In this document: piece by piece, positions 1 to 12,919 of the stretch
How the letters are laid out: the number at the start of each line of letters is the position of its first letter
Position numbering within the stretch: position 1 is the first letter of the stretch
From: the human T2T-CHM13v2.0 reference genome, Homo sapiens
DNA length: 64,000 nt
Reading direction: 5' to 3' (one strand)
Assembly (NCBI RefSeq): GCF_009914755.1
Contig: NC_060934.1
The notes under the pieces: generated by a model
Database searches by the model: none
Told to the model about the DNA's origin: nothing
The model's input: only the letters and a program-made list of their open reading frames with translations
Program-made: the position numbers and the translations under genes

Positions 1-659
1 TGCTGCGAGATGCTTGCTGACTGACCAAGATACACTTTGGTGTCAAAACTCCTTTGGAGAACCTCAAATGCTGGATAAGTGCTGGATAAATATAAGGCCA
101 ATGATAATAAATATTATACTTATTGAAAGATGTGTAATAAACCTGCATTGAGTCTCAAAAAATAAATAAATAAAATATGCTTTAGATAAGACATTTTACT
201 AGAAATGAATAGGACTTACAAAGATGGCTAAGGCTTTATTCCTCCTATCAGGGGAGTTCATGGGAGCAGGAGGGAACACGGGTGGGAGGAATGACCACAT
301 GCTAGACGTGGTCATTCTCTCTTGGGGCCAGTGTCTTTCAATGATAATAATGATGATGATGAACAAGATGGTTACATGCTAGAGACAACGCTAGACCCTT
401 ACTTTATATGATCTTGGATCTTGCTGAGCGGTAACTGGCATTGTTCCCATTTTAGAGACAAGGAGACTGAGATTCTGAGCCATAGGTTCTGAATTGCCGA
501 GAGCCACACAGACTGCAGCACAGTAGCTGCAATTCAGACCCAGGACAGTGGGACACCAAAGCTCACAGCCTTCCCACTTCCCCTTGTGCCCCTTCACCTC
601 CAGGCTCCGGGGAGGGGCTAAGTGCTTGGGAACCTCAGTGCCCTCCTTCCCTCTGCCAG

Positions 660-825
660 GTACCTGAATTACTTTGCCACCAAAGCGAGCCCCACGGGTG
701 TGATCCTGGACCTCTGGGAAGCTCTGCAGCAGGACGATGGGGACCTCAACAGCCTGGCGAGTGCCTTGGAGGAGATGGGCAAGAGTGAGATGCTGGTGGC
801 TGTGGCCACCGACGGGGACTGCTGA
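660..825 (+). CDS. UNC5B: UNC5B terminal coding exon (C-terminal part of the death domain and stop codon)
   Basis: Pyrimidine tract and AG acceptor (ccctccttccctctgccAG, 658-659), then G|TAC CTG AAT... reading (R)[57 protein letters not shown] at 823-825. I recognise this as the UNC5B C-terminus. Upstream exons lie outside the window. Confidence 0.97.
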
Positions 826-1575
826 GCCTCCTGGGACAGCGGGCTGGCAGGGACTGGCAGGAGGCAGGTGCAGGGAGGCCTGGGGCAGCCTCCTGATGGG
901 GATGTTTGGCCTCTGCTTCCTCCCAGTTCACAGCCAGAGTTGCCTCTCCTCCTCCTCTTCCCCAACCCCCAGACCATGACCAGCCTTAGAAAATCCATGT
1001 ACTCTGTTGTTAGAGGGCCCAGAGTTCCTTCTCCACCCCCGCTCTCTCTCTCTTGGCCTGAGATCTCTGTGCAGGAACCAAGATGGGGCTGAAGCCTCTG
1101 GAGGCAGTTGGTTGGGGGCGGGCAGGCAGGAGGCCCTCCCTCCACCCCCCCACCCTCAGCCCGGCAACTTCTGGGTTCCATGGGTTTTAGTTCCGTTCTC
1201 GTTTTCTTCCTCCGTTATTGATTTCTCCTTTCTCCCTAAGCCCCCTTCTGCTTCCACGCCCTTTTCCTCTTTGAAGAGTCAAGTACAATTCAGACAAACT
1301 GCTTTCTCCTGTCCAAAAGCAAAAAGGCAAAGGAAAGAAAGAAAGCTTCAGACCGCTAGTAAGGCTCAAAGAAGAAGAAAAACACCAAAACCACAAGGGA
1401 AAAGAAAAACCCAGTTTCTTAGGAAACGCAAACGATTTATTATCCAGATTATTTGGATAAGTCCTTTTTAAGAAAAAAAAAGAAAATGAAAAACAACACA
1501 AAAAAAATAGAAAACTCTTTTCTTGAGTGTGGATGAGAATGGGCACGCTCACACTTCTGGCCAGGAGTGAATGTG

Positions 1576-1577
<2 letters not shown>

Positions 1578-1610
<33 letters not shown>
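1578..1610 (+). repeat. (TG)16 microsatellite; purine/pyrimidine alternation continues to about 1628
   Basis: Read directly. Confidence 0.97.
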
Positions 1611-1612
<2 letters not shown>

Positions 1613-4383
1613 ATGTACGCGTGTGCATTGAGGAGAGAGAGACTGAACAGAGAGTACTTTGCTGCTAACGAATCCATCTTGGACTAAATTCTGACAAGGC
1701 CTCAGTTTCCCCAGTTGTGCAGGGAGTAGGTCAGACAGGGTTTTCACTGTCTAGATTTAGCTGGTTAGATTTTCCTCTAAAATCTTAAGCAGATGCTGAA
1801 TCCATAAAGCCAAGGAGTGCTGAGGGCTGGAGTGGGTGGGCCCTCCCTCCCACAGCCCCAGGGAGATACATCTGGACTCCTGGGAATCTGGATTAAGAAA
1901 GTTGGGATGAAAGAGGAGGACTGCTCAGGCCAGTTGTGAGCCAGGGAGAATGTTCCAGTCTGGTTTTGGTCTGGTGGCTCCTAGAAAGGGATGTGGCCCA
2001 GAAGTGGGACTCAAACAGAGAGATGAAGTAGGGGAGGGGAGTCCTCCACGGGCATCTCTCTCCTGGCGGCTGGATAGCTTTACCCTAGGGTGGGGCCAGC
2101 CCTGACACCCTCATCCCCTCCTCAGCCCAGCAGCCTCTAGAGCAGCGTGGTGCTCTCTTGATGGCCAGGAATCCAGAATCTGCCCTTCCCCAACCTTGGT
2201 TTCTCCTTCTGTAAAGCAGAGTGATGGCTGAGAAGTCCTCTCTAGCTGCAGAAGCCTGAGCTTCCCGGTGTCAGTCAGCTCTGCAACGTGGGAGCCTTGG
2301 AGGCGGGTGGCCTGGCTGTGCTTCATATGCCCAGGAGTGGAGAAGGAGGCTGAGAAGCTGGTTTCCCAGCTCTGATCTCCACAGGCACCTCCTATAACCC
2401 TCCTCTCACCCACCCCGCTACGGTCTGAGAGATCTGAAATAACCTTTCCCAGTGGGCAGGGTTGCCAGGGTTGAGGGGACAGCACATACCACCCCCACCC
2501 AACCTGTTCGAGGGGCCCTGCATGGCACGGGATGAGTCCCTGCCCTGTGCAGCTGCCTGGCAGTGGCTGGGACAAGGATCTTGCAGCCAGCACAGAGGCC
2601 TCTTCAAAGGCCTCTCCCTCTTGGCACTCCAGGCAAGGCAGGTGCCCGCTTCCCCAACACCTCCAGGCAGTGACCCTAGGGCATGCCCCAGCAGGTCTCC
2701 GAGCAGCCACTGGGACCCGTCTCAGCACATCCTGGCCTTTGAAAGTCTGATATCCTGAGAGGAGGGCAGGTTTTAGGGCCGCAGTTCCAGCCAGCGTCCC
2801 CAGCCTGGCTTCCCTGCCATGGACTCAGTAGCTCGTGGGGCTTCTTACCACCCACCAGCCCCGCTGGGGTGCGGCCTGGCTGTGGGCAAAGGAGGACTTG
2901 CCTGGAGATTTGAGAGAAGATTCCTTCTACCAGGGCTGCTGAGGGGCCAGGCCTGCATCAGGGGCTAGGCTCTGGCTGGGCCCGGAGGCTGAGACTAAGG
3001 CTTTCGACCCTGGTGCCTCCATGTGGATGCTGCCTCAGACAAAGGCAGTGAGCCTTCCCTGCCAAAGTGCCCATCCCATGGGCTCGGCCTCACTGGTCAC
3101 TGTTAGCCCATGAACACGTGTGGGCCTCGGTCACGTGGCTTTGAGGGCAGTCTGACCAGGCTAGACCACACGTGCCGTGACAGGGGGTGCCATTCCCCTC
3201 GCAGGCTCTAATGTGCCCACATGTAGCCTGGCAGTCCAAAGACCAAGAATCAACTTGCAAATCTGCCATTAAACTGCTGTGCGACTTCAGGCATATCACT
3301 GCCTTCTCTGGGCTTCAGTGTCCTTTTCATACCTAGAAGTCTGCGGTCTGAGGCTCTTTGGGTTCAGACACACTGTTCTAGGCTTCTGTAGGGGACCTTG
3401 TGATCTGCCGTGCCCCTCCTCCCTGTTCTTTTCTGTCCTCCCCACCCCACCCTCAGAAGCTGCTTGCTCTGCCCCCAGGACAGGAGCTTGACGGATGAAG
3501 TGCAGCCAGCCACCCAGGTGCCATTTCCAGTCTGACTTCCAGAAATGTGCACCATGTCCTAGAGCACAGACCCATTGGCTGGAGCCTCCTGGGAGGGTTC
3601 AAACCATCAGCTCTATGAGAAATGCCCAGAAAGGCTTTGCCGACTCCATCCGTCTGTGGAGGCTGCCTGCCTCCGGGGTGGGATGGGTGGTTTCTCCTCC
3701 AATTCAGACCCAAGAGGTAGCCCCCGAGGGCATGTACCTGGTGGGAAGCAGCTCAGGTACCCTTGGGGGTTGCAGGGCCCTTACGCAGGTATTTCTCTCT
3801 CTCTCCTCTCTGGGGTGCGTGTGTGCGTGCGCGTGTGCGTGCCTATGCTTTTCTCTGTGGGCACATCAGGATGCCCCTCGGAGAGCATGTGCACGTGTCC
3901 CCACCTGAGCGAGCGTGTGTGTGTGCTCCTCTGCGTCCCAGGTTTGGACGTCTAGGGTTTGGTGTGCCTGTCTTCTGCCCTCCCTGAGCCCACAGGGTCA
4001 GTCAATGTATCTTCTACGTGCCTCTCCCTCTGCCTTCTCTCACAGTGCCCCCGGCTCCAGAGCTCAGGGGTAGGGGTTCTCCTGAGGGTGCAGGGGATCC
4101 TTCTCATCTCCTGGACCCTCCAGGGCACTCTGGTCCCTATTCCCCAGCTCCTAGGCAGCTGAGCCGGGTCCCTTAGGGGAGGTGACCAGGAGCTTTGGTG
4201 CAGGGAGCTCTTGGTGGGGCAAAGGGCTGGACCCCTGCCAGGTCTGTGGACATGGTTATATGCCCGGGAGAGGGGGGTGCAGGGCCCCAGGGATGGCCCC
4301 CAATCCCACCTCTGTTTATTCTGTAAACTGCAACCTATAAATAACCTTTAGCATTCCTATTGTAACAAAATTAATTTTTATGA

Positions 4384-4411
4384 AATAAATTATATTTCCT
4401 AGTCTAATAAA
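4384..4411 (+). terminator. UNC5B: Tandem polyadenylation signals (AATAAA at 4384-4389 and 4406-4411) of UNC5B
   Basis: Two canonical hexamers in an AT-rich block. UGUA elements lie upstream (ctgtaa at about 4322, ttgtaa at about 4361) and a GT/T-rich element lies downstream (gggttgcatttggctgtcttcctgttgg). Confidence 0.85.
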
Positions 4412-5004
4412 ATCCGGGTTGCATTTGGCTGTCTTCCTGTTGGTAATTGGGAATGACTCCGTTGCTCTTCTCAAAATTCCATGGAAGGTGGAGGTGTCAC
4501 TGTCAGTTCAGAGCTATCTGACCCCCAGGAGATGAGCAAGCCCAACTGCCTCATTTTATAGAAGGGAAAACTGGTTCAGAGAGGGGTAAGGACTTCCCTA
4601 GAGTCACACAGCAAGGAGGAGCCTGTGGTCCATCTGGATCCCGGTCCTTGTGCATCCGGATCTGTTCAGGAGTTTGTCATGTGAGTCTGCCAGGGGCTAG
4701 GTAATGGTTGAGAGGGATGACACAGAGATGAAGCCCCAGCATCCCTGTCCGTCTCTGAGGAGTTCAGAAGGGGGTATCCCCAAGGGTGCTGAGGCTGTGA
4801 GGTCAGTTCAGAAACCTCACCTAGGATATATGACTATTGTGCAGGCTGAAAGGGAGTGATGGGCAGGTTGGGATCATATGACTCCGCCCCAGGCTGCCAG
4901 GCATGGTTGGGCAGGTAACGCACTGGGCAAGAGTACCATATCTAAAGGGGAGGGTGGCTCCATTCCCATGTATGTTGTAGATTTGTGTATTTGCTGAGAT
5001 ATTT

Positions 5005-5020
5005 CCAGCAGATGGCAGTA
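5005..5020 (+). promoter_or_regulatory. Candidate CTCF site CCAGCAGATGGCAGTA
   Basis: Full match to the CTCF core consensus CCASYAGRKGGCR. Binding is inferred from the motif only. Confidence 0.6.
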
Positions 5021-7184
5021 AAGGGTCTTGTGCTAATAAAAGCAGTACCTTGCTATTGAGGAGAGGGTGCCTTGTTCTCACGTGCACAGACGTGCTGTAA
5101 GAAGACTGGCAAGGGTCCCATTTCAGCTGGTCCCCTCCACCCTGTGGACCTCAAGTCTTTCCCTTTATGAGTTGAGTCTGGCCTGAGAATTTCCCAGCAT
5201 GGATTGCCTGCTCCATGAGTAGATTCTGCGGTGTCTTAAGTTTGGGGTGAGAGCACCCTCTGGCCCCATCTTGGACAGTCATGTTGCCCAATCAGCATGT
5301 TAAAGGCTCTGAAAAGCCCTGCAGGAAGCAGCTGGTCTCATATTAACACAGACATCCCAGATAGATTTGGCCTTGGAACTTGTTTTCACAGCCTGACTAT
5401 GTGGTGCCTATAGGCCCTGCCAGCCCTGACTTTCTGGGACCTGTGGCTCTGGGTTCTATGTGGCTGTATCACCTAGCTGTCCTCCTGGGAATGGGGAGCA
5501 CCTGTGGGCTGGGTCTGAGACTGAAAGTTACCGAGACAAGAGAAAACCCATGTCTGTCCTCTGGCGGAGGAGGTGGGGCAGGCAGGGCACAATGGCACCC
5601 ACCTGCATGCAGACCCCCAGGCTCAGATCATCATCTTTCCCTGGGGACCCAGAAGACCTGGAGCGGTCACATTCAGCATGACCTTCCTAGCAGAGATGAT
5701 TTGGGGGTAAGGATTTATAAGGGAGAAGAAGAGGAAAGGGACAGCTTCATGAGGATGGGGGGTGAAGGGAGGGATACAGGAGGCGGGCAGCAGCCCAGCT
5801 AAGGGGTGGGCAGAGCCAGGTGTGGGGCAGCTATTTCATGCAAGTAGCCCCTACAAGCAGGCAGACAGTCTGGGGTCCCCCAGGAGTCAAGGCGACCCAT
5901 TTAAACTTCATTCTCTACCTGCCACTGTCCCTTGGAATCTCAACTAAAACCAGGTTGGGCAGCAGGTGGGGTGCAAAGAGCTCTGGTGCTGAAGGTAGGG
6001 GTCCTGGGTCCCAGCCCTGATGCTGTGGAGTCACTATCCTTCCCTGAGCCTCAGTTTCTCCATCTGTGAAATGTGGGGCATAGATCTGCTACCCTGTGAG
6101 AGCCCTCTGGCTGGTGTAATTCTGTAATTGGCAGGGTGTGGGGTGGGGGGTCCTGGCTCTAGGCAGGAGTGTGACAGCTGCACCCCTTGAACCCTACTTT
6201 CTGTGCCAAGCCCAGGGGATGGTTGAGGGACAACCAGGAGAAGGCAGCAAAGGGGCTGGTTGCAGCCTGGGGCTGTGCGGGTGCCCAGTGAGGGGTCAGA
6301 GCCAGTGGCACAAGACCCTCCCAACTGGCCAGCCTGGCACAGCCAGCACACTGCAGGCCTGTCACTCATAAAAGTGTACCCCCTTCTCCACTAGGGACCC
6401 TAAGAAGAGGAAATCCACTCCAACTGCAGCTGACAGCTTGAGGTCAGACACAGTACTGCCCAGCAAATTTTCAAAACCTTTGTCCATTTTAATTGAAAAT
6501 GACACATGCCTACCGTTTAAAAAAAAAAAATCAAGAGGTACAACAGAATCGGTGAAAAGTAGATTTCCCTCCTTCCTCTGTCTCTACTTCATTTTCCTCT
6601 CCACCCCTGTCCCTAGTCCCCACCCCACTCCCATAGAGGCAATTGCTACATTTCTTCTGTAGCCTCCTAGGAAGATCTGTGCATATACATACACGTATTT
6701 GTACATGTAAATATTTAAATATAATGGATTTGATCCAGGAGCCTCAAACCCTCGAGGTATAAACATGAAACAGTTTTATTTTTCCAATAACTGCTCGGAA
6801 ATTCATTTTGTCAACGCCATCCCTCCCACTGGCTAGCAGGCTCCCTAAGGACATGTGGAGGTCCCTGGCTTTTCCCTTGCTTGCTATTACTAAGACGGTC
6901 TCATTTTGTTGCTAAGGCTCAACCAGGCCATCCTGGAACTCCATCGTCACCTTTAACTAAAGCTCTCTGAGAGCCCCAGTGCAGGCCACTGAAGGCTGGG
7001 GCTGCCTGCCTCCCCTCCCTCAACAGCGATGTCTCCCTCCTTCATCATTTGATAGGAAAAGCTGCCATCAAAACGCTTCTGTCTCCTGCACCAGCACAGG
7101 CATCTCACACCAAGACCCCAGCCTCCTTAGAACTGGGCCCTGGAGAATCCAGTGACTGTTTGTTATCAACAAGACACTGTTTCT

Positions 7185-7918
<734 letters not shown>

Positions 7919-8265
7919 CAAGTCCTGATTTTTCAAAACACAAATAGTGTTGGGGACAACCGTGCTCCAGTTCAACAACCCATTCAGCCAATTGCATTGG
8001 TCACCTCCGGGGTAAAGGACAAAAGTCGCACACAATGCCCTTGGGAGCCTACAGTCAAAAGAGGAGACACATCAACAGGGTGAGGGGCTTTGGAAACTCG
8101 GAGCGGCTCCTGACCAAGCCTGGGGGTCCAGAAAGCCTTTCTGGAAGAGACGGTATTTTCCAACACTGGGGTTGGTTTCCCTGAGTCATAGCTTCTCAGG
8201 TATGCATTTTGTGGGAGACACTTGTAGGCAAAAGTTTACAATAGCTTTCTTTCATGAAACTTCTT

Positions 8266-8564
8266 GGCTGGGTATGGTGGCTTACACCTGTAATCCCAGC
8301 ACTTTGAGAAGCCAAGGCAGGAGGATTGCTTGAGGCCAGTAGTTGGAGACCAGCCTGGACAACACAGTGAGACTCCATCTCTACAAAAAAAAGTTTTAAA
8401 AAATTGCCAGGTGTCACACACCTGTAATCCCAGCTATTTGGGAAGCTGAGGCAAGAAGATCCCTTGAGTCCAGGAGTTGAAGGCTACAGTGAGCTATAAG
8501 GGGGTCACTGCACTCCAGCCTGGGTAACAGACTGAGACCCTCTCTCTAAAAAAAATAACAAAAA
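8266..8564 (+). mobile_element. Alu (AluJ-like)
   Basis: ggctgggtatggtggcttacacctgtaatccc... dimeric body with A tail; diverged. Confidence 0.9.
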
Positions 8565-11500
8565 CCCCTTCTTACTAAGAAAAGATGCTGATGTCCCTTT
8601 AGCAGGCTAGACATGAAGGCTGCTGTCTGCCAGAGGTGCTCAGATGGTCACAGGCCCTACTCGCGCCTGTTTATATGAATGTAAGTTGATGTCCTCTCAG
8701 TGACCCCAACCCAGGAGCTGGGGAATGTGGGGAGGGGCACAAGTGAGTTCCTGCTTTCCTGCAATCAGGAGGGGCTGGGCATCCAGGCCCACTGGGGGTG
8801 GCTCGAATCTGCACAGCCTAGTTTCTCAACCTAAAAGGCTTCCTCAACATGAGGGTCCTCAATACCTAGAAATTCAATCAATACAGCCCTAATCCCCTGA
8901 TGGGCCTAGCACTGGGGGAAGGGGATACATCAGGCCTGGACTCAGCCCCCAAGCAGCTCACAGTAGAATACAAACTGAATTCACATAGCTGGTACCACAC
9001 ACCCTGAGACGGTACCAGCAGAGTGTGTGGGAGCAGGAAGATGGGAAGGGGTCCCTCTAGCTGCCCCACCTCGAGAGATGGTGATGTGCATGCAGGTGGA
9101 GATTGGGGCAGGGATGCAGGCAACAGCATTATCCTGGGTGCAGTGTGGAGAAGCCCAGCATGGGGAGAGAGGACAGGAGCAGCCTGGGGTCTGGGAAGGA
9201 CAGAGGGGTGTGGCTCCCTATTGGTCACCTGCTCTAGGTTCACATAGATGTGCTTCTGGGCATTGGGGTCCGCTCACAGAAGCTTGTCCTCAGGAGTTTG
9301 TCCACAGACCAAGGGTCAAAAACACGAATGTGTCCAGGCCGCTCAGTCACGTGAATGAGAGAAGCCGCCAAACCAGCAATTCACTTCACAGAGAAATGTG
9401 CCTGCTCAGCTGTTTCTTGAAACATCAGGCTGTCTCAGCATATCATTCATTCCTCACTTCTCTTAGCAGCACGGGTCTCTACTTGAGTGAAATAGAGGAT
9501 AGATGTCCTGTTCAGTGGCCTCTCACATTTGGCTGCAGTGCTATAGGGAAGCGATAGGGAGAAGTGGGGACTACAGCCAAATGGTGACCACAGAGTGCAC
9601 TGGAAGGGGTAGGCCCTCACTACTCAAATCTGTGAGTGCCCAGGACTGCTCCAACCTCCTGCTTTTAGAAACCAGAAACCAGGATTCAGAAACGTATGTG
9701 AAATCATTCTATTTGTAACTGTTAGCTCAAATTGTTTGTAAACTGCAGGCCAAACAAGATCCATCCAGTTTGTGATCTGCTGGGCAATGGGAAGCTATGG
9801 GAAGGTTTTGAAGCAGCGGAGGGTCAGGCTTAGGTTCAGGGGTTTGCTAGCTGGGACACAGTCCTGAGCCCCTGGCCCTCTCTAGAGATCACCAGGTGCC
9901 CCTGCCCAGGTGTTGCTTTCCCTGGGTTGCATCAGGGGACCATGATGCCCACACCAGCTACCTCCCTCCTGCATTCCTCTGTGGGATGGTGGGTGAGGCT
10001 GGTCCTCTCCCCACGAGCCTCTTCTATGCCTGATGAAATTCAGGGCAGGGCTTGGCTACCAGGCCCTCAGGTTGCAGCAATTCTCCTGCTACCAGGTACC
10101 TAGGGACAGAGGCCCAGCACCCACCTCAGTAAATACTGCAATTACCCAAAGGGGGTACACCAGGCAGAGGCTATGGCCAAGGACTGCAGGGGTTCATTGG
10201 GGTCTCTTTCATAGGCTTCTAGGATGGCAGAGGTGGGGGTCCTTGGCTGCTATCTAATCCATCCTCATCTGATTCCAGAAGTCCCTCCACAGTGACTCAG
10301 ACAAGGGCTTCCCCAGTTTCTCCTTGAATACTTCCAGAGATGAGGAACTCTCTACTTCTTAATTGTAATAATAGCTGGCATTTTAATAAATGACTACTTA
10401 TTTTCACTGTAGGGGCTGATTTTACCCACAGGAATCAATGGGAGTTAAGCCTAAGCCTTCCACTCCATGCCACCTTTTCAAATATTTGAAAACAGCTTTC
10501 TTGGCCCACACTGCCTCTTCTCCTCCTCCTAAGTGCTCCCAGTCTCTCGCGTGGCTGGGCTCAGCATCCATGTGCCCATTGGTGCTCCCTCTGGGTTCTG
10601 GTGGCTTGCCTCCCTTTCCTCAATTCCCACAGGGTAGTTATGAAGCTAACATTATCCATAGTTCCAGCTCAGCTGCAGGTTTAAGGGAACAAGCTTTGGG
10701 GTCAGCCTGACCTTGGTTTATGGCCAGACTCTACCATCTGCTCTCCATGTGACCTTGAGCCAATTGCCTAAACTCCTGGAACCTCAGATTTTCCAGCAAT
10801 GAGGATGACAAGCCCTTCCTTATAGACTTCCTGTAAGGACTAAATGAGGTAATATGTGTAAATATTAAGAGAGTAATCAGTATGAATCTCTTTCCATTTT
10901 GTCATCATCGGGATCAATAGCAGTTGCAGGTGTGTCACTGGATGATCACTATCACCTCTCTCCCATTAGATGAAGATAAGAGGGAGGAATATGCTCCTTG
11001 CATTTGCAGACACCTGAGATTACAAAGCACCATGTGCCCCACATTTTCTCTTTTTATGTAGCTAGGAGAAGGCCAGTGAGCCACGTGGCTAGAGCACTGA
11101 CTCCCAGTCCAGTGCTCCCACTACAGCCCCACACAGTGGGAAACACAAGCCAGCTGCAGCCCTTCCTCCACAATCTGTACTGCTCCTGACATTGACGTAC
11201 CTTTGTGGCATTCCCCAAGCACCTTCATACCAATGCTCTCCTTGATTACCAGAATTAATCCCACTGCCACACCACTGGAGATAGTCAGGACAGGGACCCT
11301 CCTCTTGGCCTCACAGATGGAAAAGCACAGGACAATTAGTACCTGGCCCACCTGGGTCAGAACCAGAACTCCAGAGCATCTGGGCTAGCGTAGATGATTA
11401 GCCAGGTTCAATCTCAGCTCAATACAATCCTGCTTCCACTAAACAAACGTTTACAGTTCTCATGTTGGTGGAAGGAAGACAGACAATTTAAAAACGTGAT

Positions 11501-12919
11501 ATGTAAAGATACACAAAAAATAAAGCCAGGTTATGAGTGAGGATAGCTGGGGAAGTCAGGGGAAGATCACTTCAGCACTACCAAAACAGATAGGGGAACT
11601 GAGAAACCAGTATCTTAGAGAGAAGGGAAGCTCAGAGAAATTTGATATTCTGTCCTTCTTCCCCCACCCCAGCCCCTCTGCCCAAGCCACTTGTTGATTT
11701 CTAACCAGTGAGTGCCAAACTGAAAGCAGCAGCTAAGGGGCTGAGAAGCCAGGCAGAGCTTTTGACAGACCCACCGCTACAGGGGGCAACACTGGGAGTG
11801 AAGGGGGAGCCCTGGCCAACAACCCAGCCCTTGGCCTGGGGTCTCGGAATGGCCACAGCCTAGGATAAGAGCAAACAGGAAGCAGATCAGGCCTTAAAAA
11901 GACTGAAATCCAGCCGTTCTTAATCCCCACTCCAATCCCTACCAGAAGCTAAAGGTAATTCTCCTTGTGGGAAGATCAGCACGCCTCTAAGTTTTCATTT
12001 ACAATGTCTAACATTCAGTAAAAAATTACTGGACATCCCAATAGACAGGACCAAGAAAAATAACAGATAATAGAAACTACACATACATACATCTGAGTGA
12101 GCCCTGATTCTGGTCATCTTTTTATTCCCTGAGTCCAGACACCTAGTGTACTCAGGACCCAGTTCTCCCCACCTGACCAGAGAAAGAGAGAGAGAGATTC
12201 CAGATCTTTGACAACAGGGACTATATCCCAAGCCTGACACTGGACAGAAGATCCTTGTTCTCACAGACGCTAAGTCCACTTTCACATGAAGAATAAATCC
12301 TTACCACACAGAGACTAGAGCCCTAGACTTGAATCTCACCCCCACCGGATATCTGGTTGACCCTGGAAGTCTAGACCCCTGATTGACTCTAAAGTCTAAG
12401 AACTGGCAGGTTCAGACTCCCATGAGGACAGAGAATGAGTCCTCCTACCCACCTCACTTGAGACATGAAATCCTCACACATACCTGAACCAAGTCCTAGA
12501 CATACAGAGTCCAGAGCCCCAGACAAGAGCATTACTTCCACCCAAAATCTGGCTGATCTGAGACCATATGTATATGGGGCTGGGGACAAGGTGGAGAAAG
12601 AGTCTAGGGTCCAGACAGCTGGTCAACCTTTGGGTGAAAGAGAGGTCACCCACCAGCCTCCTGGAACTCTTGCCCTTTGGGCACTGCAGCAGGATCGGAT
12701 CCCATGCTGTGTGGCCACAGGTCCAGTGGGACAATATGAAAGCAGCCACCACGTGGCATCTGAAAATTGATGTGACTGGGACCAGGAAGGATCTGAATTC
12801 CCCAGGCTGGTTAGAGTCCCGGATGCCGACCTCCTTCCCAGTGCCCCTCAAACTGTGTTTCTCTCTCCAGGGAAGTGGGAGGGCGGCAGGGCCAGCACCA
12901 GAGCATCCTCTCCTGGCCT

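Larger units (their letters stand above)
826..4430 (+). other. UNC5B: UNC5B 3' UTR (about 3.6 kb; 3' end approximate)
   Basis: Runs from the stop codon to the tandem AATAAA signals at 4384 and 4406. It is nearly free of young repeats, unlike the flanking DNA. Confidence 0.8.

Noticed and set aside
1317-1512. A-rich stretch as an early UNC5B poly(A) site
   Set aside because: It has no canonical hexamer. Genomic A runs like this cause oligo-dT internal priming artefacts.
669-3955. ORFs of 130-205 aa in the UNC5B 3' UTR (e.g. 669-1181, 1187-1747, 2111-2728, 3495-3908)
   Set aside because: They are GC-rich or low-complexity chance frames, many with non-ATG starts, with no recognisable domain or splice support.
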